A DNA stretch of 64,000 nt from Actinomycetota bacterium (GCA_002697535.1 NZWE01000012.1:8713-72712); one strand, 5' to 3'; shown: positions 17,406-27,863, counted from the stretch's first letter. The notes: generated by a model not told the origin, from the sequence alone. Translations and numbers: made by a program.

Positions 17406-18866
17406 TTATACGGTTAAGATTCGAATAGAATTAATTCCGTTTGATTTTCCTATAGGGATTCCGGCGGTAACAACAATGGTATCGCCTTTTTTTAAGATAC
17501 CAAGTAATTTAGCTTCTTTAACAGCAAGGGTAATCATATCAGTCCATCGATAAATATCTTTAAATTTTTTAGGCATCATCATGGGAGTTACACCGCGATA
17601 CAAGGTTGATCGATTACAGACGTGTACGGAATCTGTTGGAGCTAAAACGGGAAACAACGAATTTAATTTTGATGCAATTAAGGGTGTATTACCGGATGAA
17701 GTAAAAGCAATGATAGCGGCCGCATTATTTTCTTCTGCAATTTGGTCAGCAGCACGACAAAATGAGATGGCGGTAGAATCGTATTCAAATATTTTTTTTG
17801 AACGCGTTGTTTGGCTACGTCTCATATCATTTAAGTGATTGTCGGTTTCTTCACAGATTTCAGCCATAACTTTAATAACGTGAGCGGGATCAATACCTAC
17901 AGCTGTTTCAGCTGATAGCATTACAGCATCACAATGATCATAAATGGCATTTGCTATATCAGATACTTCTGCACGTGTGGCCGTTTTAGATTCAATCATA
18001 CTTTCTAACATTTGAGTGGCTACGATAACTGGCTTAATAAACTTATTACATAATTGAATAATTTGTTTTTGAATTCTGGGAACTCTTTCAATGCCAATTT
18101 CAACACCTAGATCACCTCTAGCAACCATGACAGCATCAGCATGCTTGATTATTTCAACGAGATTATCGATAGCTTGTTGACGTTCTATTTTAGCGATAAT
18201 TTTAATCTTTTCGCCTTTATTTTCATTTAAAAACTTACGAAATTCAATTAAATCGTAAGCTGAAGATACAAATGATAAGGCTACGTAATCGCAACCGATA
18301 TTAATTGCTGTAATAGCATCTGTTTTATCTTTGTCAGTAAAAGCAGCTGTACTTAACCGAGTTGAAGGCAAATTAACACCTTTATGATTTGAAATAACAC
18401 CACCCGTTGTGATACGGCAGCGGGCTACTGATTTAGTTACAGATTCAATGACACCTTTAATTTTTCCGTCATTAATAAATAAACTATCCCCGACTTGCAC
18501 ATCTTTTAAGAAATGGGGGTAATCGACTTGAAATTGGGTTGCAGTACCTATAATTTTTTTAGTATAAATTTCAACGATACTGTTATCAGTTAGGATAGCA
18601 CTGCCTTCTTTAAATTTTCCTACGCGAATTTTAGGACCTTGCAAATCTAAAAAGACACCCATTCGGTGTTTTTGTTTTGTTTCTGCAGCTCGAATTCGTT
18701 TAACTACATTACTTAATGTTTTTTTATCGGCACCATGGGATGCATTTAACCGAATTAAGTCAGCACCACTTTGAATTAATTTACTGATAGAACCGACCGG
18801 TTCACATGCAGGTCCGTAGGTTGCGATAATTTTTGTTTTTCTATTAAGTAATTGGGTTTTTTCCAT
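17406..18866 (-). CDS. pyk: pyruvate kinase
   Basis: KIIATYGPA, MVARGDLGVEI and the rest of the sequence are typical. 486 aa. Confidence 0.9.
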   Translation of the reverse strand: MEKTQLLNRKTKIIATYGPACEPVGSISKLIQSGADLIRLNASHGADKKTLSNVVKRIRAAETKQKHRMGVFLDLQGPKIRVGKFKEGSAILTDNSIVEIYTKKIIGTATQFQVDYPHFLKDVQVGDSLFINDGKIKGVIESVTKSVARCRITTGGVISNHKGVNLPSTRLSTAAFTDKDKTDAITAINIGCDYVALSFVSSAYDLIEFRKFLNENKGEKIKIIAKIERQQAIDNLVEIIKHADAVMVARGDLGVEIGIERVPRIQKQIIQLCNKFIKPVIVATQMLESMIESKTATRAEVSDIANAIYDHCDAVMLSAETAVGIDPAHVIKVMAEICEETDNHLNDMRRSQTTRSKKIFEYDSTAISFCRAADQIAEENNAAAIIAFTSSGNTPLIASKLNSLFPVLAPTDSVHVCNRSTLYRGVTPMMMPKKFKDIYRWTDMITLAVKEAKLLGILKKGDTIVVTAGIPIGKSNGINSIRILTV

Positions 18867-18948
18867 GTGTTTATTAATCGTAGCACAACTTTTGCTTTTG
18901 ATTAATTCCCAATTTCATTCTTTTCTTACTTGACGCAATAATAAGGAT

Positions 18949-20577
18949 TTAATTTATGATACATTCGATTATGTGGTGAGTTTTTAGAGTTTTGTATGAT
19001 GAGGTTAGTGTTAACAAGTCTTTTGTTGAAATTATTTTTTTATAGGTTAGATCGTAGGCATTAGCAATGTTTTTGATATTTATCTTTTGAGGCATCACAA
19101 ATAAGGGTTCACAAATAGGATCTTTATTAATATCTAATTTATTAAAAATTTGTCCACCGGCATTATTTATTACGATAAGTAATATGGGATTTTTTATCTT
19201 ATGTAGTAATGACAACCCGCCAACGTCATAAAAAAATGATATATCGCCCATGATTCCCATAGTTCGTTTAGGTTCTTGAGAGGCAAGCCCTGCCATAGTT
19301 GAAATTAATCCATCAATACCACTTACACCTCGTTGAGTTATTGTTTTTACGGGTGTTTTTAGTGGTTTTATATGTTCATTGATATGTCTAACGGTTAGAC
19401 TATTACCTAAAAACACGGTATTCATCTGTTGCATTAATGGTTCTAGGGCTTTGATACAGCGATTTTCTGATAACTTGCTTGTTTGATTTAAACGACTGCT
19501 TTCCTTGTTAGCTTGATTGGCTAAGTTTAGGCAAATTTCATAATAGGATTGATTCGCTTTTTGTGATGGTAATATATCGATTAAATCGATGCTTTGATCC
19601 ATTATTTCAAGGCATGGTATGTTCAACCAATTTTGAGTTATTTCAAAATCATGAATCAGTAATAGATTAGTTTGTTGTGATAATAATTCCTGTAAGGGTT
19701 TTGATATCCACTTGGCACCGATACATATTATATAAGATGGTAATTGATCGTGTTTTAACAAGGTATTGATAAAATGGTCAACCTGACGAATTACAGGTTC
19801 ATTCCAGGGAATAGAGCTACTACATTCGGCTAGAATTGGTATTTTATTATGCTGGGACCATGTTACTAATTTTTTATAATCTATAGATTTGATGGTATTA
19901 CTGACTATGCATAATACATTGTTATTATGAATAGGTTGATTACTAATTTTTTGGTGATAGGTTTTTAGTAATTTAGGCGAAATTTTTGTGACACCTTTTT
20001 TTATTTGAATCTTGATTAGGTTATCCTTTAATGGGAATGGAGATGATGATGTTAAAAAGGGTTCTCTAAAAGCCATATTAATATGGATAGGCCCTTTTTG
20101 ATATGATGGTAGTAGGGTTTGAATTCTTTTTGAGAATGCTTGAAAACAGTTTTTTTTGGAATCAACTAGTATTGAGATTTGTTGTTGGACGATATGATTT
20201 AATAGTGGTTCTTGTTCTAACGTTTGATTGGCACCGCAACGGTGTAATTCTGGGGGTCTGTCTGCGGTTATGTAGATGATTGGTATCTGTAAGGCACTTG
20301 CTTCTGTTGCGCTGGGCACTAAGTTTGCGACAGCGGACCCTGATGTGGTGATGATAACAACGGGCGCTCTATCATACTTGGCAGCTCCTAGTGCAAAAAA
20401 TCCTAACGATCGTTCATCGTAGTGTGTCACAATATTAAAGGATGGTATTTCGCTTGCTGCTTTAACTAGACAGGTTGAACGTGACCCGGGTGCAATGCAC
20501 ACTGTTTTGACACCGATAACCTGACACGTTTTTAGAAGTTGTAAACTCCATAAATGGCCATGAGAAAGAATTGTCAT
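18949..20577 (-). CDS. menD: SEPHCHC synthase (menaquinone biosynthesis)
   Basis: ThDP-enzyme N-terminus with PGSRSTCL, DERSLGFFALGAAK and ITADRPPEL. Overlaps menF by 4 nt. Confidence 0.8.
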   Translation of the reverse strand: MTILSHGHLWSLQLLKTCQVIGVKTVCIAPGSRSTCLVKAASEIPSFNIVTHYDERSLGFFALGAAKYDRAPVVIITTSGSAVANLVPSATEASALQIPIIYITADRPPELHRCGANQTLEQEPLLNHIVQQQISILVDSKKNCFQAFSKRIQTLLPSYQKGPIHINMAFREPFLTSSSPFPLKDNLIKIQIKKGVTKISPKLLKTYHQKISNQPIHNNNVLCIVSNTIKSIDYKKLVTWSQHNKIPILAECSSSIPWNEPVIRQVDHFINTLLKHDQLPSYIICIGAKWISKPLQELLSQQTNLLLIHDFEITQNWLNIPCLEIMDQSIDLIDILPSQKANQSYYEICLNLANQANKESSRLNQTSKLSENRCIKALEPLMQQMNTVFLGNSLTVRHINEHIKPLKTPVKTITQRGVSGIDGLISTMAGLASQEPKRTMGIMGDISFFYDVGGLSLLHKIKNPILLIVINNAGGQIFNKLDINKDPICEPLFVMPQKINIKNIANAYDLTYKKIISTKDLLTLTSSYKTLKTHHIIECIIN

Positions 20578-21935
20578 TGTTGGTAGGAAATATCATAGGT
20601 CATTGATAGATATGATTCCATTTTAATATCTAATTCTTGCCATTCATCTAAGGCGTTTGAATTGGCAACAATGCCAGCTCCGGTATAGATAAACAGCTTA
20701 TTATCTTGCATTAAACATGAACGAATTCCAACAAAAAATTCTGTGATATTATGACTTATCATCCCTAAAGCGCCTGTATATAATCCTCTATTAAATGATT
20801 CAATATTGGCGATGAGATCTAATCCAATTGATTTAGGTAATCCACCGGTAGCAGGGGTTGGATGCAATGTTTCTAGTAATTCAAAATCAGTGATAGTTGT
20901 TTTTAGCTTCCCTTCAATCACGCTATGAATATGTTGTAGATGAGACAACTCTAAAATATTTTTTTCTTTTGTTATTTTAATAGATTGGCATAAGGGTGTT
21001 AATGATTCTTTAACATACTCTGCTACATATTGATGTTCAGCTATATTTTTGTGACTATTGAGTAATGATTGAGCGAGATGTTTTGTTTGCATTGAGCTTG
21101 ATCCTTTAGAGGTTGTTCCGGCAATAGCATCACACTGAATATGATTACCTTTTCTAAGGTATAGATTTTCTGGTGTTACGGATAAAAATGCTGTTGTTGC
21201 GTTAATTTTTTGAAAATAGATATTACAGTTGGGTTCATTTTTGATACTTTCTGATACTAATTTGATCATAGAGTGATGATCGATGATTTCAACGGTTGTT
21301 TTTCTGGCTAAAACAAGTTTCTTTAGTGAGGATTGTTTCATTGCATTTAAGACCTGTTTAATACTATTTTCCCATTCTGGGTATTTCGGCAATGAGCTTA
21401 TTTGGTCAATAGTTAACTTAGTTATGCTTAGATTGTTATGGTAAGAAAAAGCATCATTAAGATACGAATCTAGGTGTTGAGATTGATCGGCGATTTCTAT
21501 GGGACAGTTACACCATAGTGTTATTGAAGTCTCAGTTTTTACCATTTCAATGGCAGGAATTATAAAGGTCATTTCTGCAAGATCATTCCAAAGACTATCT
21601 TTGTTATGATCAAGTGCTTGAAACATCATTGCGGAATAGATGTTAAACCCTTTATTTAGCCATGGCATAATGCTTATTTTTGCTTGTTGATAGTGATTAC
21701 TTTGATAGTTCCATTGTTTCGCAGAACCTAATGTTAGGGTTTCGGTATTTTGAGCCTGGCTTTTAATGTACCGCGTTTGGGTATTAATGCTATAACGTAA
21801 CCAAGTATGAATATTAATTTCGTCGAAAGTATATGATATAGCAACTCGTTTGATTCCTAAATGGGAATTATTTTCGGTCATTAGGGCTTGTTTAATTGTC
21901 TTGATTAAGTGGTTAACGTTATTTTGTTCAATCAT
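20574..21935 (-). CDS. menF: isochorismate synthase
   Basis: Chorismate-binding C-terminal region (HPTPATGGLPK, RGLYTGALG). Lies between ubiE and menD. Confidence 0.8.
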   Translation of the reverse strand: MIEQNNVNHLIKTIKQALMTENNSHLGIKRVAISYTFDEINIHTWLRYSINTQTRYIKSQAQNTETLTLGSAKQWNYQSNHYQQAKISIMPWLNKGFNIYSAMMFQALDHNKDSLWNDLAEMTFIIPAIEMVKTETSITLWCNCPIEIADQSQHLDSYLNDAFSYHNNLSITKLTIDQISSLPKYPEWENSIKQVLNAMKQSSLKKLVLARKTTVEIIDHHSMIKLVSESIKNEPNCNIYFQKINATTAFLSVTPENLYLRKGNHIQCDAIAGTTSKGSSSMQTKHLAQSLLNSHKNIAEHQYVAEYVKESLTPLCQSIKITKEKNILELSHLQHIHSVIEGKLKTTITDFELLETLHPTPATGGLPKSIGLDLIANIESFNRGLYTGALGMISHNITEFFVGIRSCLMQDNKLFIYTGAGIVANSNALDEWQELDIKMESYLSMTYDISYQQ

Positions 21936-22657
21936 TTTTTTCCGATATATAATGTAGCAATTCCAAATGTTAAAGGCTTCATGGTAACCTTGAACCCAAC
22001 TTTCTCTAATTCTTTTTTAAAGGCTTCCCCGTAAGGGAATGATTCAACTGTTTTATTAAGATATGAGTATGCTTTTTTGTCACCTGATAACAGCCCCCCA
22101 ATCATAGGTAAAACAAATCTAAAATAAGCGAGATAAAGCCAACGAAGGGGTGCAACAGAAGGTAATGAAAATTCCATAATCATCACCGTGCCTTGATCAG
22201 CTAACACGCGATATATATCTTGTAGACAAGTTTGATATTCAACAATATTACGGATACCAAAAGCCATGGTAACACAATTAAAGGTCTTGTCTTGGTATGG
22301 TATTTTTGTTGCACTAGCATGAACAAACTTTACTTTGTTATTGTAAGACATTTTTTTAAATCGTTTTTGTCCGATAGCCATCATATTTTTTGATAAATCA
22401 ATACCTGTGTAAGCCTTTATTGAATGGTGATGATTCTTCATCACAGAGACTATTACTTCACCTGTTCCAGTTGCGCAGTCTAGTGCTACCATGTTAGGGG
22501 TTAGAGGAAATGCTGTTACTAATTTTTTTCGCCATGATCGCAAAATTCCAGCCGATAAAATAGTATTAATTGTATCATAACGATGATAAATCTTATCAAA
22601 AATTTCCCATGATAAGGCTTTTTCATAATCATTAATGGCCGTATTTTTTATCGTCAT
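21932..22657 (-). CDS. ubiE: demethylmenaquinone/ubiquinone C-methyltransferase
   Basis: UbiE/MenG-like sequence with SAM motif LDCATGTGE. 241 aa. 4-nt overlap with menF. Confidence 0.85.
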   Translation of the reverse strand: MTIKNTAINDYEKALSWEIFDKIYHRYDTINTILSAGILRSWRKKLVTAFPLTPNMVALDCATGTGEVIVSVMKNHHHSIKAYTGIDLSKNMMAIGQKRFKKMSYNNKVKFVHASATKIPYQDKTFNCVTMAFGIRNIVEYQTCLQDIYRVLADQGTVMIMEFSLPSVAPLRWLYLAYFRFVLPMIGGLLSGDKKAYSYLNKTVESFPYGEAFKKELEKVGFKVTMKPLTFGIATLYIGKK

Positions 22658-22780
22658 GAGTATTTTGTATTATCCGCAACATTTATTAACGGGTCAAGTT
22701 TTGACTCTTATTTATCACCTATATAATTATGATACTTTTTAAAATCGCGCTTTTTATGGATAAAGGTTCATGATATTATT

Positions 22781-24259
22781 TTGTATATGATTTCATTTAT
22801 TATTGCTATTTTAGGATTAATTAACTCTGTTTATTTAACATCCTTAAAATTACTTCAAAAAGATGTTTGTATTATTGGTTCATCTTGCCAAGATGTTATT
22901 AATAGTTCATATGGGATGATACTTGGTTTACCTTTATCGGCTTATGGCATCCTATTTTTTTCGTTAGTATCATATATTACGTATCAACGACATTTTAATC
23001 AGCAATCATCACTCGGGTTTGAATTATCTTTGGTATCATTAGGAACTATATTTAGTTTATATTTAATGATTATCCAGTTTTTTGTTGTTAACTCATTTTG
23101 TATTTATTGTAGTTTATCAGCTTGTTTGACTATTGCTTTATTTGTATTGGCCTATTTAAATTTCAGAGATAATAAACTTGATTTTTCAGTGGCTAATTTG
23201 CAACCATCACGACCTATATTAATTGGGTCATCTATTTTAGTGGTTATTTTGGTATCGGTTATTGGTTATGTTAAATCAATCTCTAGTGCATATACGGTGG
23301 AATTCACATCCAATCATGCTGCTAAATCAACTATTCAAAATTTTTCTGTTAATGATCTTAATAATATAGCAGGTATTGAATATACAAAAATAATGATGCA
23401 ACTACAATCTGTTAGAGAACAAGCGTTTCTAACTTATTTAGCACGATTTGATGCTAATTCATTAGGTATTGATTTAAATCAATATTACAAAGCATTTGTT
23501 CAGAATGATATTAAACAGTCTGATAGAATGACTAGGACTGCTATTAAAAAACTTCAAGGAAATTCTAACCAATTTCAGCAGTATCTTGGTTCTGTGAAAG
23601 GTGTTGCTAAAAATCAGTTTAGGCAACGCTATCAAAACTTACAAAAGGATCTGTTAACTTATTATGATGCGTCGTTTTTATTGAACACGAGTTTTAAGGT
23701 AGATTTAACTAAAAACAAGTATGGAGAAGTATCGATTGGCAAGTCTGATGCTCCATTAGATATTGTTATTTTCTCTGATTTTTTATGTTCACATTGTGCA
23801 ACATTTCATGCAAACTTAGAACATTTATATCAACAATATCCAGATAAATTTCAGATTACGTTTAGAAACTTTCCTCTTCAAGGTCCGATTTCTGAACTAT
23901 TATCTAAGATAGGTATATGTGCACACGAACAAAATCAGTTTAATGCCTATGCGGATGCTATTTATGCTAATCAAAAAGAAGTTAAATTTGAAACGATTAA
24001 TGATTATTTGCCAAAGGGATTAAATTCTAATGATTTATTATCCTGTGTTCAGGATCCTAACGTTAGTTATATGTTAAATCAGGATGTAGAAGAAGTGACC
24101 CGACTTAATATACAGTCAACACCTACTGTATTCTTGAATGGATATTTATCTAATATAAATATGATTAAGGCAGAGCTTAGCAAACTAGTAGGTTATGATG
24201 TAAATAGCTCTCAAGCTCACTCGCATAACAACAATGATCATTCTGGACATAACCACTAA
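22781..24259 (+). CDS. VKOR-family quinone reductase fused to a DsbA-like thioredoxin-fold domain
   Basis: The N-terminal polytopic domain has the loop Cys pair VCIIGSSC and a membrane CxxC (FCIYCS). An extra TM segment follows, then a C-terminal domain with FLCSHCATF. His-rich tail. The start may be the ATG at 22787. Confidence 0.75.
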   Translation: MYMISFIIAILGLINSVYLTSLKLLQKDVCIIGSSCQDVINSSYGMILGLPLSAYGILFFSLVSYITYQRHFNQQSSLGFELSLVSLGTIFSLYLMIIQFFVVNSFCIYCSLSACLTIALFVLAYLNFRDNKLDFSVANLQPSRPILIGSSILVVILVSVIGYVKSISSAYTVEFTSNHAAKSTIQNFSVNDLNNIAGIEYTKIMMQLQSVREQAFLTYLARFDANSLGIDLNQYYKAFVQNDIKQSDRMTRTAIKKLQGNSNQFQQYLGSVKGVAKNQFRQRYQNLQKDLLTYYDASFLLNTSFKVDLTKNKYGEVSIGKSDAPLDIVIFSDFLCSHCATFHANLEHLYQQYPDKFQITFRNFPLQGPISELLSKIGICAHEQNQFNAYADAIYANQKEVKFETINDYLPKGLNSNDLLSCVQDPNVSYMLNQDVEEVTRLNIQSTPTVFLNGYLSNINMIKAELSKLVGYDVNSSQAHSHNNNDHSGHNH

Positions 24260-24265
24260 ATTTAT

Positions 24266-24805
24266 ATGAACATAACTTCATCAAAAGTAGTTAATATACT
24301 GCTTATAGTATTATTAAGTGTTTCATCGACGGCTTTTATTTATTTATCTTTTTTTAGTGACAATAAAGCTAATCCGACGTCTGTTTCTAGTGATATTTCA
24401 GTCGCTAATAAAGCGTTAATGATTAATCCTATTATAGGGGATCCATTTGATTTAAATGAGGTTACTAGTAAAGTTATTGTGGTTAATTTTTGGGCAACCT
24501 GGTGTGGTCCGTGTTTAATTGAGATTCCTGCACTGATATCATTAAAAAATACGTATGCAAGTGATGATTTACAGATTATTGGAGTTAGTATGGATGATTC
24601 AGAATCGACTGTAAAACGATTTTCTCAAAAAAATCCATTTAATTACCCTATTACGATGCAATCTTATTTTATTCGTAAAAAATTTGGTAACATTGCGGCT
24701 ATTCCAACCACGTTCGTTTTAGATGAAAACTTAAATATTATTAAAAAGTTTCAGGGATATCATCAAAAAAGTACGCTAGAATCTGTTATTTTATCTATTT
24801 TATAA
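24266..24805 (+). CDS. TlpA/ResA-like membrane-anchored thiol:disulfide oxidoreductase
   Basis: N-terminal anchor plus FWATWCGPC thioredoxin active site. 179 aa. Confidence 0.8.
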   Translation: MNITSSKVVNILLIVLLSVSSTAFIYLSFFSDNKANPTSVSSDISVANKALMINPIIGDPFDLNEVTSKVIVVNFWATWCGPCLIEIPALISLKNTYASDDLQIIGVSMDDSESTVKRFSQKNPFNYPITMQSYFIRKKFGNIAAIPTTFVLDENLNIIKKFQGYHQKSTLESVILSIL

Positions 24806-24806
24806 G

Positions 24807-25331
24807 ATGGGTCAGGTAAATCCTTTTACAAAGGTTCAACTTTTTACAGGTATTATCGTTCATCCGAGTATCCAAGTTGATCAGGTATATACATCATTGG
24901 AGTCAGAGTTTGGCTTAGTTATTGATAGTGTGTCGGATCTTTATGAGTTTGATCATTCCACTTATTATCAAGCTGAAATGGGCAAAAATTTAAAAAGACT
25001 TTTTGTCAGTTTTAAGGATATAGTATCTCCTGATTTGGCTTATAAATATAAAGTTAAGTCTAATCGTATTGAAACTTTATATGTTCAGGATAATAGACGG
25101 TTATTAAATATTGATCCTGGCATATTATCACTTCATAATATACTATTATTTTCGACAAAAAACTTTTCTCATCGTATTGCTTGTGGTCAAGGAATTTACA
25201 TAGAACTTACACTTATGTTTCGTAACGATTCGTATGTATCATTAGATTGGACGTATCCGGATTTCAAACAATCTAACATTCAAGATTATTTTTTAGAGTT
25301 ACGAAAACGTTATCATAAAAAATTAAATTAG
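24807..25331 (+). CDS. DUF4416-like protein
   Basis: 174-aa ORF whose overall pattern (F..I......SDLYEFDHSTYYQAEMG...NIDPG) matches my recollection of DUF4416. Family assignment not verified. Confidence 0.45.
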   Translation: MGQVNPFTKVQLFTGIIVHPSIQVDQVYTSLESEFGLVIDSVSDLYEFDHSTYYQAEMGKNLKRLFVSFKDIVSPDLAYKYKVKSNRIETLYVQDNRRLLNIDPGILSLHNILLFSTKNFSHRIACGQGIYIELTLMFRNDSYVSLDWTYPDFKQSNIQDYFLELRKRYHKKLN

Positions 25332-25344
25332 GGAGATCGTATGT

Positions 25345-26112
25345 ATGCTTAATGATATGTTTTTAATGCTAGGTTTTTGTGTACTTATCGGAGGCTGTTT
25401 TGGTAGTTTTGCTAATATGCTTATTTACCGGTTATGTTCTGAACAATCCTTAATGAGCGCACGTTCGATTTGCCCACATTGTCAATCTAAGCTTAGATTA
25501 AGGGATCTTATTCCTATTGTAAGTTTTTTATGTCTACGTGGTTGTTGTGGGTCATGTAAGAAACCTATTTTAAAACGCTATTTACTGGTTGAGTTGTTAA
25601 CTCCTATTTTATTTTTTTTCTTTTTGTACCCTAGTTCATTTATGACTTTTAATAGTCATTATCTTATTTTTGGTTATATTATATTGATTCTTTTTTTTAC
25701 AGATCTTGAATCTTATTTATTACCTTTACCGTTAACGAGTGCTTTAGTTGTGTTGGGCATTGTGGTCTCTTTTTTGGATGGCATCTTATTTTCGAGACTT
25801 ATGGTTTCGTTACTTATTGCTATGGCTTTGTTAAGTTTTCGTTATATTTTTAATCGTATTTATAAGCAAGATACATTTGGACTTGGCGATATTATTCTTT
25901 TGGTAGCTATTGCACTTAATTTTGGTTGGCAGATTTGTGTCTCGTCATTTTATTGTGCTGTAATTTTAGGGGGGTGTTATAGTCTTGTTTTGATACTATT
26001 AAAAAAGCGTTCCCGTAAAGATATGATTCCATTTGGCCCATTTATTATTATTGGGATTTTATGTAGTTTTAAATTTTTAGAAATAGCAGTCCCTTTCTTA
26101 CTTTTTACTTAA
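25345..26112 (+). CDS. prepilin peptidase (A24 family, PilD/GspO/ComC-like)
   Basis: N-terminal four-Cys motif CPHC...CGSC. Polytopic, with the two Asp motifs FFTDLESYLLP and GLGDIILL. Confidence 0.85.
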   Translation: MLNDMFLMLGFCVLIGGCFGSFANMLIYRLCSEQSLMSARSICPHCQSKLRLRDLIPIVSFLCLRGCCGSCKKPILKRYLLVELLTPILFFFFLYPSSFMTFNSHYLIFGYIILILFFTDLESYLLPLPLTSALVVLGIVVSFLDGILFSRLMVSLLIAMALLSFRYIFNRIYKQDTFGLGDIILLVAIALNFGWQICVSSFYCAVILGGCYSLVLILLKKRSRKDMIPFGPFIIIGILCSFKFLEIAVPFLLFT

Positions 26113-26115
26113 TCT

Positions 26116-26493
26116 GTGTTTCATTTTTTGCTTATTCTGTTGATTATTATGGGTACTACCTTTAGTAGTTTGTCTGTTACCTTTCATCACTTTTATAGTA
26201 AGTTACGGGTTTTACAGGTGGTTATATCAGCTCGGTACAATATCTTGATGGGACATATGATGGGTGATGATAGTACTGTTCATCATATTGATAACCGATT
26301 AGATTTTAGTTATATACCGGCCGTTTCTATTCCTAAGGGGATGGATGTTTACATGAATCGATTTCAGTTGGGTTCAAAACCACATTTAAATACAAGCTAT
26401 GCGGGAAGTATCTGGTTTTTATTTCATAACCAACACTATAAACTTACGTTTCCTGTTGGTTTAGCGGTGATTGGCTTATATCAACTTCATTAA
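26116..26493 (+). CDS. small membrane-anchored protein, possible degenerate pseudopilin
   Basis: GTG start 3 nt after the pilD-like stop. Hydrophobic N-terminus FHFLLILLIIMG without a G-F-x-x-E leader. Translationally coupled to the next ORF. Confidence 0.45.
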   Translation: MFHFLLILLIIMGTTFSSLSVTFHHFYSKLRVLQVVISARYNILMGHMMGDDSTVHHIDNRLDFSYIPAVSIPKGMDVYMNRFQLGSKPHLNTSYAGSIWFLFHNQHYKLTFPVGLAVIGLYQLH

Positions 26494-26774
26494 TGGTTAA
26501 TATGGCTAAAGGGTTTTTATTATTTGATGTTATTCTATCACTGTTACTAATAAGTCTGTATTTACCTGTTATTATTCAAGGAATTCTTAGTTTAAATATA
26601 ACTTTATCCCATCTTCAGAATTACCATCAGAACTTAATTCGTCTTCAGGCTCATATTAACGATCATTCTATCGGCTTTGAACCGTTGTCTCAACAAACTA
26701 CATCGGGTGATATTGTGATATATGTGACAGAAGAGTTTGGTTTACCTATTCGTTGGGCTAACTATACGCCATGA
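26493..26774 (+). CDS. pseudopilin-like protein
   Basis: The leader MVNMAKG/FLLFDVILSLLL resembles the prepilin cleavage motif G/F..xE, with Asp at +5. 93 aa. Overlaps both neighbours. Confidence 0.55.
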   Translation: MVNMAKGFLLFDVILSLLLISLYLPVIIQGILSLNITLSHLQNYHQNLIRLQAHINDHSIGFEPLSQQTTSGDIVIYVTEEFGLPIRWANYTP

Positions 26775-27196
26775 GTGTTTATATTAATAAAGGGTATAGT
26801 ATAGCTTCTTTAATGGTATGGTTAGTGATTAGTAGTACCGTTATTCCTTTACTTTGTTCTACTTTAATCCTAACTGCGACTTATTATTCTAAAACAGCTT
26901 CTAAATTACTTATGTTATCTGAGTTATCGTTTTTTAAATCGGTTATTCAGTTGGATGTTATGACAGGTTCTCTCACTAAACAAGGCGACACTGTATCCAT
27001 ATTCGCTTCTCCCGTTAGGATTTCGTATAGCCTATCAGAGTCTCGATTGAAACGAATATACAAAACACCTCGCTATTTAACCTCATTATTACATGTTAAA
27101 TCTTTGGCTATAGCAACTGACTATTGTATTCATGTTACTTTGTTAGCTAATGATCCACTAACCGTCTGTCAGCCAAAGTTATCACGTTATGATTAA
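26771..27196 (+). CDS. pseudopilin-like protein (ComGF/GspJ-like?)
   Basis: Leader MSVYINKG/YSIASLMVWLVISS followed by a hydrophobic helix. 141 aa. 4-nt overlap upstream and 8-nt overlap downstream. Confidence 0.5.
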   Translation: MSVYINKGYSIASLMVWLVISSTVIPLLCSTLILTATYYSKTASKLLMLSELSFFKSVIQLDVMTGSLTKQGDTVSIFASPVRISYSLSESRLKRIYKTPRYLTSLLHVKSLAIATDYCIHVTLLANDPLTVCQPKLSRYD

Positions 27197-27551
27197 GAGA
27201 TCCTTTTCTTTTGGATATCTGAGCCTTGTTATTAGTCTGTTACTGTTATCTTTATTGAGTTGTTTAATCATACTAACAGAGTTAACACACCTATATTATT
27301 CTCATGTTCAATCATCACGAGATCATCTTATTGCTTACGCTTCAGCCTTATCTGGGTTAAGACTTACTTCTGATTATCATGATCATGTTACAGCTACACT
27401 GATAGAATCACCGGTACAAACAGATTTTGATTCCCTACCCTTTTTTAACTATCAAGGGATTTCATTTAAGTTACTCCAAACACCATTTTCTATTTATGCC
27501 TATGGTACCTATAACAACGTTCATTGTATTTTAAATAAAGATTACCCTTAA
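27189..27551 (+). CDS. pseudopilin-like protein
   Basis: Leader MIKRSFSFG/YLSLVISLLLLSLL. 120 aa. Last gene of the operon, followed by an AT-only hairpin at 27563-27588. Confidence 0.5.
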   Translation: MIKRSFSFGYLSLVISLLLLSLLSCLIILTELTHLYYSHVQSSRDHLIAYASALSGLRLTSDYHDHVTATLIESPVQTDFDSLPFFNYQGISFKLLQTPFSIYAYGTYNNVHCILNKDYP

Positions 27552-27863
27552 CTCTTTATCTTTATGAAATTATTTTTTTTATTTCATAATAACCAGCTAA
27601 AATTAGTTTTTATGATGGAACATTGCTTTCTTTTTCATTTTTTTTAAATACCTTTTTGTATTCTTTTAGATATTTTTCTGATAGATACTTTAATAGATTC
27701 TAAGTTTGATATTTGTTATTTATTTACTTATGCGAAGTAGTGTTCTTGGATCAGTTTAAAAATTAACTGAAATTTTTTGTCTTTCAAAACCGATAAATAT
27801 ATAAAGGAAAAAAAATAAACAAAAAGTCTCCCTTTGGGGAGGGGATTTTAAGGAGCAATTAAA

